A DNA stretch of 64,000 nt from Octopus vulgaris (taxonomy: Eukaryota): assembly GCA_951406725.2 (NCBI GenBank), contig OX597839.1, forward strand, positions 10,726,001-10,790,000, written 5' to 3'. Positions 25,363 to 36,270 of this stretch are shown in pieces; the first letter of the stretch is position 1; every line of letters starts with the position of its first letter. Below the pieces are notes generated by a model that saw only the letters and a list, made by a program, of their open reading frames with translations, searched no databases and was not told the DNA's origin. Position numbers and translations under genes: made by a program.

Positions 25363-25477
25363 TTATTATTATTATTTATTATCATCATGATTATTATTAT
25401 TATTAATATTATTATTATTATTATTATTATTATTTTCTTCTTCTTCTTCTTCTTCTTCTTCTTCTTCTTCTTCTTCT

Positions 25478-25512
<35 letters not shown>

Positions 25513-25524
25513 TTCTTCCTTCTT

Positions 25525-25693
25525 ATTGAGTGAGAGAGCAGTGCATGCCATCAAAGTGACACTGGGGTAAAATATATGAAGCCCAGTATACCCATCATGA
25601 CTACCCTTCTGATAAGGGTACACCAGGCACATGCATCACAACTATACGTGCGCAACATGGTAATCTCACATCAACATTAACAGTGCATGACCT
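25525..25693 (-). mobile_element. retroposon family E, 5'-truncated copy
   Basis: Matches 14638-14805. Confidence 0.85.
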
Positions 25694-25718
25694 TATTATT
25701 ATTGTTGTTGTTGTTGTT

Positions 25719-25793
25719 CAGGTCACTACTTGGAATCGAACTCGGAATCTTAGGGTTAGTAGCCTGCTATCTTAACCACTACACCATATGCCC
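25719..25793 (-). pseudogene. tRNA-like sequence (SINE head or tRNA pseudogene)
   Basis: GGGCATATGGTGTAGTGGTTAAGATAGCAGGCTACTAACCCTAAGATTCCGAGTTCGATTCC with A and B boxes; acceptor stem poor; followed by (AAC)n(AAT)n. Confidence 0.7.
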
Positions 25794-27197
25794 GTGTTGA
25801 ATGACTCCATAGTGTCATACCTACCTTCAAAGAGTTACGTATTAATAGAACTGAAGAATCTGAACCATCCCCTGAACCAAAAACACTTGTTGCTATGGTG
25901 TTTCTTCTAGTGTTGTTGTAACACATCAAATAGTGAATTTATTGCTAAGGGGCTGACTGTCGAAGACGTCTTATAATCAACCCGAAAATCTAACATACAG
26001 GAATTAGCGCATGGTTTACTTTCGATAATGGATGGCACTTTAAAAACTGTTCCCACTTTATTTTATCAACTTTATACAATTTATGTCCCTGTTGGATCTG
26101 AACATTTTAGAATTTATTACTTTCGTTTAAGTATTAACAAGTGGACAAAGCGAAGTACTTTATAAATGCTTATTTGAAGATTTGTAGGATTAACACAAGA
26201 AAAGGATTGCAACTGTATCCCAAAACCATAATGACAGACTTGGAATTGCATGCGATCAAATATTCTAAATGGGAATTTCAATATCTTAACAATATTTTTC
26301 CTTCTTTCTTGTCTTCTTTTTCTTTTTGTCGTTGTTTCTTTCTCTTTCTTTCTTTTTTTTTTTTATTCCAATGCATTTGGCGGAAAATTCAGATGAGAGG
26401 ATTGGCAACGCGTTATGGCAGCAACGGAAACTTCAGTTAAAAAAAAGAAAAAATGTGTCATTTGTCTGCGTTGACATTCCTTCCATTTTATGAAATTCCA
26501 GGAGCTTTTAATGAATTAAAGCCCCATTTGCTCTGTAGAAACCAGAGAAGTTACTGACTGCTGAGAAAATAATTATGTGGCTGGCAGGATAAGAAAGACA
26601 GTGGCGTAAGGTTGTTACAGATCGATCGCCAATAACGTTTCTGCCTCGTTTTTGCATATAAAATGGATTTCTGTGTACGCGAAACAACACAAAGCGTTTG
26701 GCACAAAAGATAGGAATATTTAATAGAAAATGCTCTTGTCGAAGGAGTGCATGGAATTTATAGAAAAATGTCGAAAAAGAGCAGCACCACATTGAATATG
26801 AATGTGGATGTACCCTCAGAGGAGAGCCATACCCGAGGAGATTAGCAAATTGTTAAACATCGAGAGACAAGTCTTCAGATATAGCTTTTGTTTTTCTTGT
26901 ATCGTTTGTTTGTTTCAGTCTTTAGCTAATCACGCATGCGCACACGCACACTCACACACGCATACACACACATATGTATGTCTGTGTCTGTGTACGTACA
27001 TATATATATATATATAATCAAAATAAGACACAAGAATATCTTCGGTAATTTGGCACAATCGTTTCACACTACATCATTTTATTAAACATTGTAAGTATTA
27101 CAACAGTTTTAAAATGTTGAGCAATCATCAGCCATTTATAGAGGTTTTCCATCAATACATATACTTATTTTCATGTTATATATATACATACATATAT

Positions 27198-27360
27198 ACG
27201 ATGGGTTTCTTTCAGTTTCCGTCTACCAAATCCACTCACAAGGATTTGGTCAGTCTAGAGGCAGTATAAGAAGACACTTGCTCTAAGTATCACACAGTGG
27301 GACTGAACCCGGAACCATGTGGTTGGGAAGCAAACTTCTTACCACATAGCCACGCCAGCA
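27198..27360 (-). mobile_element. SINE family A, 5' half
   Basis: TTTCAGTTTCCGTCTACCAAATCCACTCAC...CTTACCACATAGCCAC. Confidence 0.88.
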
Positions 27361-27421
27361 TACACATATACATACATACATACATAAGTATGTACGTATG
27401 TACTTGCATACATACATACAT

Positions 27422-27720
27422 ACTGGAATAATGTTTGCCTCTCAAACCCTCTTTCATGGGGCCTAAGAGATGATAGTCCAGTGACGAGGAAGTGAAAACT
27501 ATAGTGAAAAAGTGGCTCAAAGAACAGTCAACAGAATTTTACGGGGCAGGGATACATGCTCTCATTCGAAAGTGGAATATTGCTATTGAGAGAAACAGTG
27601 ACTATATTGAAAAGTAGTGATGTGATCCACAGAGGACCAGCTTCATTTTGATGTATGATACATGTTCCTGTGTTGGTAATTATACCTGTCCAAAACAAAA
27701 TGGCATTACCTACCCTTGTA
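27422..27720 (+). mobile_element. mariner derivative, copy 3 (central segment inverted)
   Basis: DYHLLGPMKEGLRGKHYSS on - strand fused to DEEVKTIVKKWLKEQSTEFY on +. Confidence 0.88.
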
Positions 27721-27724
27721 CTTC

Positions 27725-27978
27725 TATGGCTTCAAATCTCTATCGTGAGAGTGAATTAGGCTGCATCTAAGTACTAAGATCAAAAGCCTAAAACCTCATA
27801 TCTCTAATCAGAATATGTCTAAAGTTTTAGACCATTGCCTTCAATTCTCAAACCCTTGTGAAACTCAGAAATTAAGATCACATGCGCGAGGCCTCAAATA
27901 TCTAGTGATACTATGTCTAAATCCTTCGATCAGGGACTTTAAATTTCAAATCCCTAGTGAGATTGCACTTGAAGATTT
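27725..27978 (+). repeat. decayed outlying 52-bp satellite monomers
   Basis: ATGTCTAAAGTTTTAGACCATTGCCTT and CTAGTGATACTATGTCTAAAT resemble the main array. Confidence 0.6.
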
Positions 27979-28296
27979 CATCATCATCATCATCATCGTT
28001 TAACGTCCGTTTTCCATGCTAGCATGGGTTGGACAATTCAACTGGGGTCTGGGAAGCCAGAAGGCTGCGCCAGGCCCAGTTTGATCTGGCAGCGTTTCTA
28101 CAGCTGGATGCCCTTCCTAACACCAACCACTCCGTGAGTGTAGTGGGTGCTTTTTACATGCCACCTGCACAGGTGCCAGACAAGGCTGGCAAACGGCCAC
28201 GATCGGATGGTGCTTTTTATGTGCCACCGGCACGGGGGCCAGATGAGGCTGGCACAGCCACAAGCAGATGGTGCTTTTTACGTGCCACCGGCACAA
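27979..28296 (-). mobile_element. RTE-related SINE family F with (ATG)n tail
   Basis: (CAT)n CGTTTAACGTCCGTTTTCCATGC...CTGGATGCCCTTCCTAACACCAACC; internal GGTGCTTTTTA.GTGCCACCGGCAC repeats; second copy at 45548. Confidence 0.8.
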
Positions 28297-28499
28297 ATCC
28301 CAAAAAACTTTTGTATCGCTTATGTTACTAACCTTAAGACTAATCCGTTGAGAGAATGTGCGTAATTATAAAGATCACGAGCCATAAGACACAAATAGAA
28401 AGTAAGATTCTTTATAGGTATGTATAGGGTAGCATTAGAAGGACAGCAGGAAACACGGAAATCCGTCAAGATAAATACATATAATTATGAACAGTTCCA

Positions 28500-29030
28500 G
28501 TACACAACCATACACATTCAAGCACACGCATACACATACGAAAACACACACACAACCACATACATGCACACACACATGCACACACATGCACACGTGAACA
28601 TACACACTTACATGCACAAACACACACACATGCATGCGCGTACATACACACATATGCGGGAACACACACGCACACAAAGTGCATACACGCATACACATAG
28701 ACTCTTACCTAAGCATAAAACGACGGACTACATCACACACATGCACACGCATACGCGAAAGCATGCGCGTGCACACATACAGATACACACACACACACAC
28801 ACACTCACACAAGAACGCACTCATGCAGAGACACACACACACAGACGCTTAACTATTCAAGAACCGATTACAGCATATACACATGCATATGCACACACAC
28901 ACAATAGAATGCACACACATAAGTAAACAAACGTTTACATAGGTACATACGTACATACATAAATGCATACATACAGATGAGCAGACATGCATCCATCCAT
29001 ACATACGTACATACATACATGCACACACAT
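28500..29030. repeat. degenerate (CA)n/(CATA)n tract
   Basis: Direct reading. Confidence 0.85.
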
Positions 29031-29036
29031 AGACAC

Positions 29037-29262
29037 CGAGCTGGCAGAAACGTTAGCACGCCAGGCAAAATGTGTAGCTGTATTTTGTCTGCCGTTACGG
29101 TCTGGGTTCAAATTCCGCCGAGGTCGACTTTGCCTTTCATTATTTTAGGGTCGATAAATTAAGTACCAGTTACGCACTGGAGTCGATGTAATCGACTTAA
29201 TCCGTTTGTCTGTCCTTGTTTGTCCCCTCTGTGTTTAGCCCCTTGTGGGTAGTAAAGAAATA
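29037..29262 (+). mobile_element. SINE family B
   Basis: CGAGCTGGCAGAAACGTTAGC to GTAAAGAAATA. Confidence 0.92.
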
Positions 29263-32200
29263 TATTACTCAGAGAGACTCAAAGCAGACCCTGAAGGATG
29301 AGGGGGTATCTCATTGATGAGGTGGCGAATAGCAATGAAAGGACTCTGATAGAGAAAATCTAACAATCGGTTGATCGTTCACTCAACACATTAAACAAGC
29401 CATCGAATAGTTAGTTGGTAAAATATAGATGTGCTATTGAACCAGTGCTTGTGTTAACTCAAATTTTTATTGGTGTAATGACCCTCCCAAGATACAACAA
29501 GATTTGTTTCAACAAACGAGAAGAATCTTTGAACTCAAAAATTTTGGAAGCCAAATTCAAAGTTTATTTATAAATATTTAGATTAATAAACTTACGATCT
29601 TTGAGAGAGTGTCTTAATACTTCAACTCTTGTGAAACAGTGTCTAAATGCTTCGATCACATGCCTCATGTAATAAATACAACCAAAACACTTTAAATATT
29701 TAGATTGCTGGGCATCATTCTAAAATTTTTATTGCAACTATGTCTAATGATTTAGATCGCTGGCCTTGGGATTAAAATCTTTATTTAAACTGTATCTAAA
29801 GATTTAGATCGCTGACCTTAATTCTAAAATCTTTACTGAAACTGTGTCTAACGATTTAGATCACTAGATTTAGGGCTAAAATCTTTATTGAAACTGTCAT
29901 GATTTAAATCATTCACCTTCAGTCCAAAAGCTTTTGCAAGCCTGTGTCTAAAGATTTAGATAACTGGCCTATGGTCTAAAATCATGAGTGAAACTGTGTC
30001 TGAAGATTTAGATCACTGGATTTAGGGCTAAAATCTTTAGCGAAACTTTGTCTTATGATTTAAATCACTTGCCTTCTGTGCAAAAGCTTTTGCGACCCTG
30101 TGTCTAAAGATTTAGATCACTGGCCTTGGGTCTAAAATCGTGAGTGAAACTGTGCCTGAAGATTTAGATCGCTGTTGTAAGTCTTTATTGAAAATGTGTA
30201 TAAAGATCTAGAGCAGTGGTCTTCGGTCTAAAATCTTCATTGAATCTGTGGGTAACGATTTAGATCACTGGCTTTTGGTGTAAAATTTTTGTTGAAACTG
30301 TGTCTAAAGATTTAGATCACTGATCTAGGGTTTAAAATCATTACTGAAAATGTGTCTAAAGATCTAGATTGCTTCCTTTGTGCCTAAAATTCTGAGTGAT
30401 ACTTTGTCCTAAAGATTTAGATCGTTGCTCTTCGGTCTAAAAAATATAGTGAAGTTGTATCTAAAGATTTAGATCGCTAGTCATCAGTCAAAGATCTCAT
30501 TTGAAACTATGAATAAAGATTTAAATCACTGGCCTTCGGTCTAAAATATCTAGTGCAGCTGTGTCTAATGATTTAGATCACTGGCCTTCAGTCTAAGATG
30601 TAATTTGAAATTGCGGATAAAGATTTAGATCACCGGCCTTGAGTCTAAAATCTTTCTTGAAACTGTGTCTAAAGATTTAAATCACTTTCTTGGGCCTAAA
30701 CCGCTTACTAAAACTGTGTCTAAAGATTTATGTCACGGGCTTTGGATCTAAAATCCTAACTGAATCTGTGTCTAAAGAGTTGAACCACTGACTCTGGGCT
30801 TAAAATCTTAAGTGACACTGTTTCTAAAGTCTAAAGTCCTTCATAAAAGTTTGTCTAAATATTTAAACCACCGGCCATCAGGTTAAAATCTTCATTGAAA
30901 CTATGATTTAGATCGCTGGCCTTGGCTCTAAAATCTTTATTGAATCTCTGCATATAGATTTAGATCACCGGCTTTCGGACTAAAATCTTTATTTAAATGG
31001 CAATTATAGATTTAGATCGCTGGCCTTGAGTCTAAAATCTTTATTGAAACTGTAGATAAAGATCTAGATCACTGCTTTTCTGTGTAAAACCTTTGTCAAA
31101 GCTGTATAAAGATTTTGATCACTAGCCTTCGGGTTAAAATCCTTACTGTAAATGTATCAAAAAATTTAAGTTGCTGGCCTTGGGTCAAAAAATTTTAGCG
31201 AAACTGTTTGTAAAGATTTTGACTGCTTCCTTTTAAGTCTATAAATCTTTAGTGAGACTTTGCGTAAAAATTTAGATCCCTGGCCCTAGGTGTAAAATCT
31301 TTATTGAAACTATGCACAAACATTTAAGTCACTGGCTTTGGGTCTAAAATCCTTACTGAATCTGTGCCTAAAGTGTTGGATTACTAACCCTGGGTCTAAA
31401 ATCCTCACTGACACTTTGTCTAAAGATTTATACCACTGGTCTTCGGTCTAAAATCTTTTTTTTTTAAATTTGTCTAAATGATTTGATCACTGGCCTTCAG
31501 TTTAAAATCTTTATTGAAACTGTGTCTTAAGATTTAGATCGCTGGCCTAGGGTCTAAAATCATGAGTGAAACTGTGTCTTTTGATTTAGATCACTGGATT
31601 TATGACTAAAATCTTTAGTGAAACTTTGTCTTTTGATTTAAATCACTTGCCTTCAGTCCAAAAGCTTACGCAACCCTGTGTCTAAAGATTTAGATCACTG
31701 GTCTAAAATCATGAGCGAAACTGTGTCTGAAAATTTAGATAGATTGCTGTCGTAAGTCTTTATTGAAAATGTGTCTAAAGATTTAGATCACTGGCCTAGG
31801 GGCCAAAATCCTTACTGAAAATGTGTCTAAAGATTTACATTTCTTCCTTTGGGTCTAAAATCCTTAGTGAGATTTTGTTTAAAGATTTAGATCACTGGCC
31901 TTCGGTCTAAAATCTTATGTGAAACTGTGCCTTAACACATTGACCATTTTCTTGGGTCTAAAAGCCTTACTAAATCTGTAACTAAAGATTTAGGTTGCTG
32001 GCTTTAGGTCTAAAACCCTTACTGAATCTGTCTCTAATGAGTTGGATAACTGACCCTGGGTGCAAAATCTTGAGTGGTACACTTTTTAAAGATTTAGATG
32101 ATGTGTATTGTCTCTAGGATCCTTAGTGACACTTTGTCTAAAAATTTAGACCACTGGCCTTCGGTCAAAAGTTTTATTTTTAAAATTGTGTCTAAAGATT

Positions 32201-35200
32201 TAGATCACTGGCCTTCAGTTTAAAATCTTTATTGAATCTGTGGATAAAGATTTAGATCACTGGCTTTCGGTGTAAGATCTTCGTTGAAACTGTGTTTAAA
32301 GATTTAGATCAATGGCCTTGGGGTGAAAGTCCTTACTGAAAATGTGTCTAAAGACTTAAGTTGCTGGCATTGAGTCTAAAATCGTTAGTGAAGCTGTTTC
32401 TGAAGATTGAATTGTCTTCATTTGGGTCTAAAATCCTTAGTGAGACTTTGTCTACAGATTTTGATTACTGGCCTTCGGTCTAAAATATTTAATGAAGCTG
32501 TGTCTAAAAGATTTACATCGCTGTCCATCAGTCAAAGATCTCTTTTGAAACTGTGGATAAAGATTAAGCTGACTGGCCTTGGGTCTAAAATCTTCATTGA
32601 AACTGTATCTTAAGATTTACATCACTTGCTTGGATCTAAACTTCTTACTGAAACTGTGTCTAAAGATATACATAGCTGGCTTTTGGGGTAAAATCATTAT
32701 AGAAACTATGTCTAAAGATTTAGATTACTGGCCTTTGGTTTGAGATCTTTATTGAAACTGTGTTTAATGATTTAGATTGCTGGCCTTTGGTCTAAAATCT
32801 ATATTGAATCTCTGCATATAGAATTAGATCACAGCTTTCAGTCTAAAATCTTTATTTAAACAGCAATTATAGATTTAGATCACTGGCCTTCGGTCTAAAA
32901 TCTTTTATTGAAACTGTAGATAAAGATCTAGATCGCTGCCTTTCGGTGTAAAACCTCTGTCAAAGCTGTATGAAGATTTCGATCACTGGCCTTCGGGTTA
33001 AAATCCTTACTGTAAATGTGTCAAAAGATTTAAGTTGCTGGCCTTGGGTCAAAAAATTTTAGCGAAACTGTTTGTAAAGATTTGGACTGCTTCCTTTTAA
33101 GCATAAAATCTTTAGTGAGACTATGTGTAAAGATTTAGATCACTGGCCCTCGGTGTAAAATCTTTATTGAAACTATGCACAAACATTTAAGTCACTGGCT
33201 TTGAGTCTAAAATCCTAACTGAATCTGTGCCTAAAGTGTTGGATTACTAACCCTGGATCTAAAATCCTTACTGACACTTTGTCTAAAGATTTATACCACT
33301 GGCCTTCGGTCTAAAATCTTTTCTAAAAAATTTGTGTAAATGATTTGATCACTGGCCTTCAGTTTAAAATCTTTATTGAAACTGTGGATAAAGATTTAGA
33401 TCACGTTCTGGGATCTAATATCCTTACTGAAACTTTGTCTAAAGATTTATGATCGCTGGCCATTATTCTAAAATTTTTATTGAAACTGTGTCTAACAATT
33501 TAGATTGTTGGCCTTGAGACGAAAATCTTTATTGAAACTGTATCTAAAGATTTAGATCACTGGCCTAGGGTCTAAAATCGTGAGTGAAACTGTGTCTGAA
33601 GATTTAGATCACTGGATTTAAGGCTAAAATCTTCAGTGAAACCTTGTCTTATGATTTAAATCACTTGCCTTCAGTCCAAAAGCTTTTGCAACCCTGTGTC
33701 TAAAGATTTAGATCACTGGCCTTAGGTTTAAAATCGTGAGCGAAACTGTGTCTGAAAATTTGGATCGCTGTCGTAAGTCTTTATTGAAAATGTGTCTAAA
33801 GATTTAGATGACATGTATTGTCTCTAGGATCCTTAGTGACACTTTGTCTAAAGATTTAGACCACTGGCCTTCGGTCAAAAATCTTATTTAAAAAATTGTG
33901 TCTAAAGATTTAGATCACTCGCCTTCAGTTTAAAATCTTTATTGAATCTGTGGATAAAGATTTATATCAGTGGCTTTCGGTGTAAAATCTTTGTTGAGAC
34001 TGTGTTTAAAGATTTAGATCAATGGCTTTGGGGCTGAAGTCCTTACTGAAAATGTGTCTAAAGACTTATGTTGCTGGTGTTGGGTCTAAAATCTTTACTG
34101 AAACTATTTCTGAGGATTGAAATTTCTTCCTTTGGGTCTAAAATCCTTAGTGAGACTTTGTCTACAGATTTTCATCTCTAGCCTCTGGTCTAAAATATTT
34201 AGTGAAGCTGTGTCTAAAGATTTACATTGCTCTCCATCAGTCTAAGATCTACTTTGAAACTGTGGATAAAGATTTAGGTCTCTGGCCTTGGGTCTAAAAT
34301 CTTTATTGAAACTGTGTCTAAATATTCAGATGACTGGCTTTTGGTTGAAAGTCTTTATTAAATCTGTGTCCAAAGATTTAGATCGCTGGCCTTGGGTCTA
34401 AAATCTTTAGTGAAAATTTTTCTAAAAGTTAAGATGACTTGCCTTGGGTCTAAAATCCTTGGTGACACTGTGTATAAAGATTTAGACTACTAGCGTTTGG
34501 TCTAAAATCTTTTTTGAAAAAACAGTGACTACAGATTTTGATCGCTGGCCTTCAGTTTGAAATCTTTATTGAAACGGTGTCTTAAGATTCAGATCACTGA
34601 CCCTTGGTCTAAAATCGTTAGTGAAACAGTTTCTAAAGATTTAGATTGCTTGCCTTGGATCTGAAATCAATAGTGACACTTTGTCTAAAGATTTAGACCA
34701 CTAGCGTTTGGTCTAAAATCTTTTTTGAAAAAACAGTGTCTACAGATTTTGATCGCTGGCCTTCAGTTTGAAATCTTTATTGAAACGGTGTCTTAAGATT
34801 CAGATCACTGACCCTTGGTCTAAAATCGTTAGTGAAACAGTTTCTAAAGATTTAGATTGCTTGCCTTGGATCTGAAATCAATAGTGACTCTTTGTCTAAA
34901 GATTTAGACCACAGAACTTCGGTCTAAAAGCTAATTTGAAACTGTGCCTAAAGATTTATATCACTTGCCTTGAGGTTAATATCTTTATTGAAAATATGTC
35001 TTCCGATTTAGATCCCTTTCTTGGATCTAAAATCCTTGCTGTCACTGTGTCTAAAGATCTTGATTACTGACTTTTGGTCTAAAATACTTATTGAAACTAT
35101 GTCTGAAGATTTGGATTACTGGCCTTGTGTCTAAAATCTTTTTTGAAACCGTGTTTAAAGATTTAGATCGCTGGCCTTGTGTCTAAAATCTTTATTGAAA

Positions 35201-36142
35201 TTGTGGATAAAGATTTAGATCGCTCACCTTAAGTCTAATATCTTTAATAACCCAGTGTCTAAAGTGTTAGATCACTGGCCTTGAGCGAAAATTCTTAGTG
35301 AAACTGTGTCTCAAGATTTAGATCGCTGGCTTTTAGTCTAAGATCTTTATTGAAACTGTATCTAAAGTTTCAGATCGCCGGCCTTTGGTCTAAAATCTTT
35401 ATTTAAACAGTATCTAGAGATTTAGATCGCTGGCCTTCGGTCTAAAATCTTTATTGAAACTCTGAATAAAGGTTTAGATCACTGGCGTTGGGTGTAAAAT
35501 TTTTGTTGAAACTGTTTCTAAAGATTTAGATAACACTGGCCCTGGGTCTAAAATCCTTACTGAATCTGTGTTTAAAGAGCTAGATCACTGATACTCACTC
35601 TAAAATTGTTAGTGAAACTGTTTCTAAAGATTTATAATGCTTGCCTTAGGTGTAAAATCCACCCTTTGTCTAAAGATTTTGATCGCTAGCTTTTCGTCTA
35701 AAATCATTATTAAAACAAAGTCTAAAGATTTGTATTATTGGCGTTCGGTCTAAAATCTTTATTGGAACTGTATCTAAAGATTTAAATCACTGGCCTTCAG
35801 CCTAAAATTCTTAGTAACCCTGAGTCTAAAGATTTAGATCACTGGCCTTGGGTCTAAAATCTTTGTTGAAACTGACTAAAGATTTAGATCACTCACCTTC
35901 AGTTTAAAATCTTTAGTGACACTGTGTCTGAAGATTTAGATCACTGGCCTTCATTCTAAAATCTTTTTTGATACCGTGTCTAAATATTTAGATCACTGGC
36001 CTTGGGTCTAAAATCCTTGGTGAAACAGTGTCTAAAGACTTAAATCAATGACTTTGTGCCTAAGGTCTATTGTGTAACTCTGTTTAAAGATTTAGATTGC
36101 TGACGGCGGATTTAAATCCTTAGTGAAACTGCATCTAAAGAA

Positions 36143-36270
36143 TCAGTTTCCGTCTACCAAATCCACTCACAAGGCTTTGGTCGGCCCGAGGCTATAGTAG
36201 AAGACACTTGCTCAAGGTGTCACACAGTGGGACTGAACCCAGAACCATGTGGTTGGTATGCACACTACTT
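36143..36270 (-). mobile_element. SINE family A fragment inside the satellite
   Basis: TCAGTTTCCGTCTACCAAATCC...CCATGTGGTTGG; lacks both ends. Confidence 0.9.

Larger units (their letters stand above)
23815..26880 (+). pseudogene. decayed Mutator-like (MULE) transposase with FLYWCH-type zinc finger, split by nested insertions
   Basis: YYWCCENRKSLNC...FSDHNH (23.9-24.04 kb); IMDGTLKTVPTLFYQLYTI (~26025); PKTIMTDLELHAIK; QCIWRKIQMRGLATRY; LSALTFLP; ENNYV. Confidence 0.88.

Noticed and set aside
25719-25793. Functional tRNA gene with ACT anticodon
   Set aside because: Acceptor and anticodon stems pair poorly and there is no poly-T terminator; better read as a SINE head.
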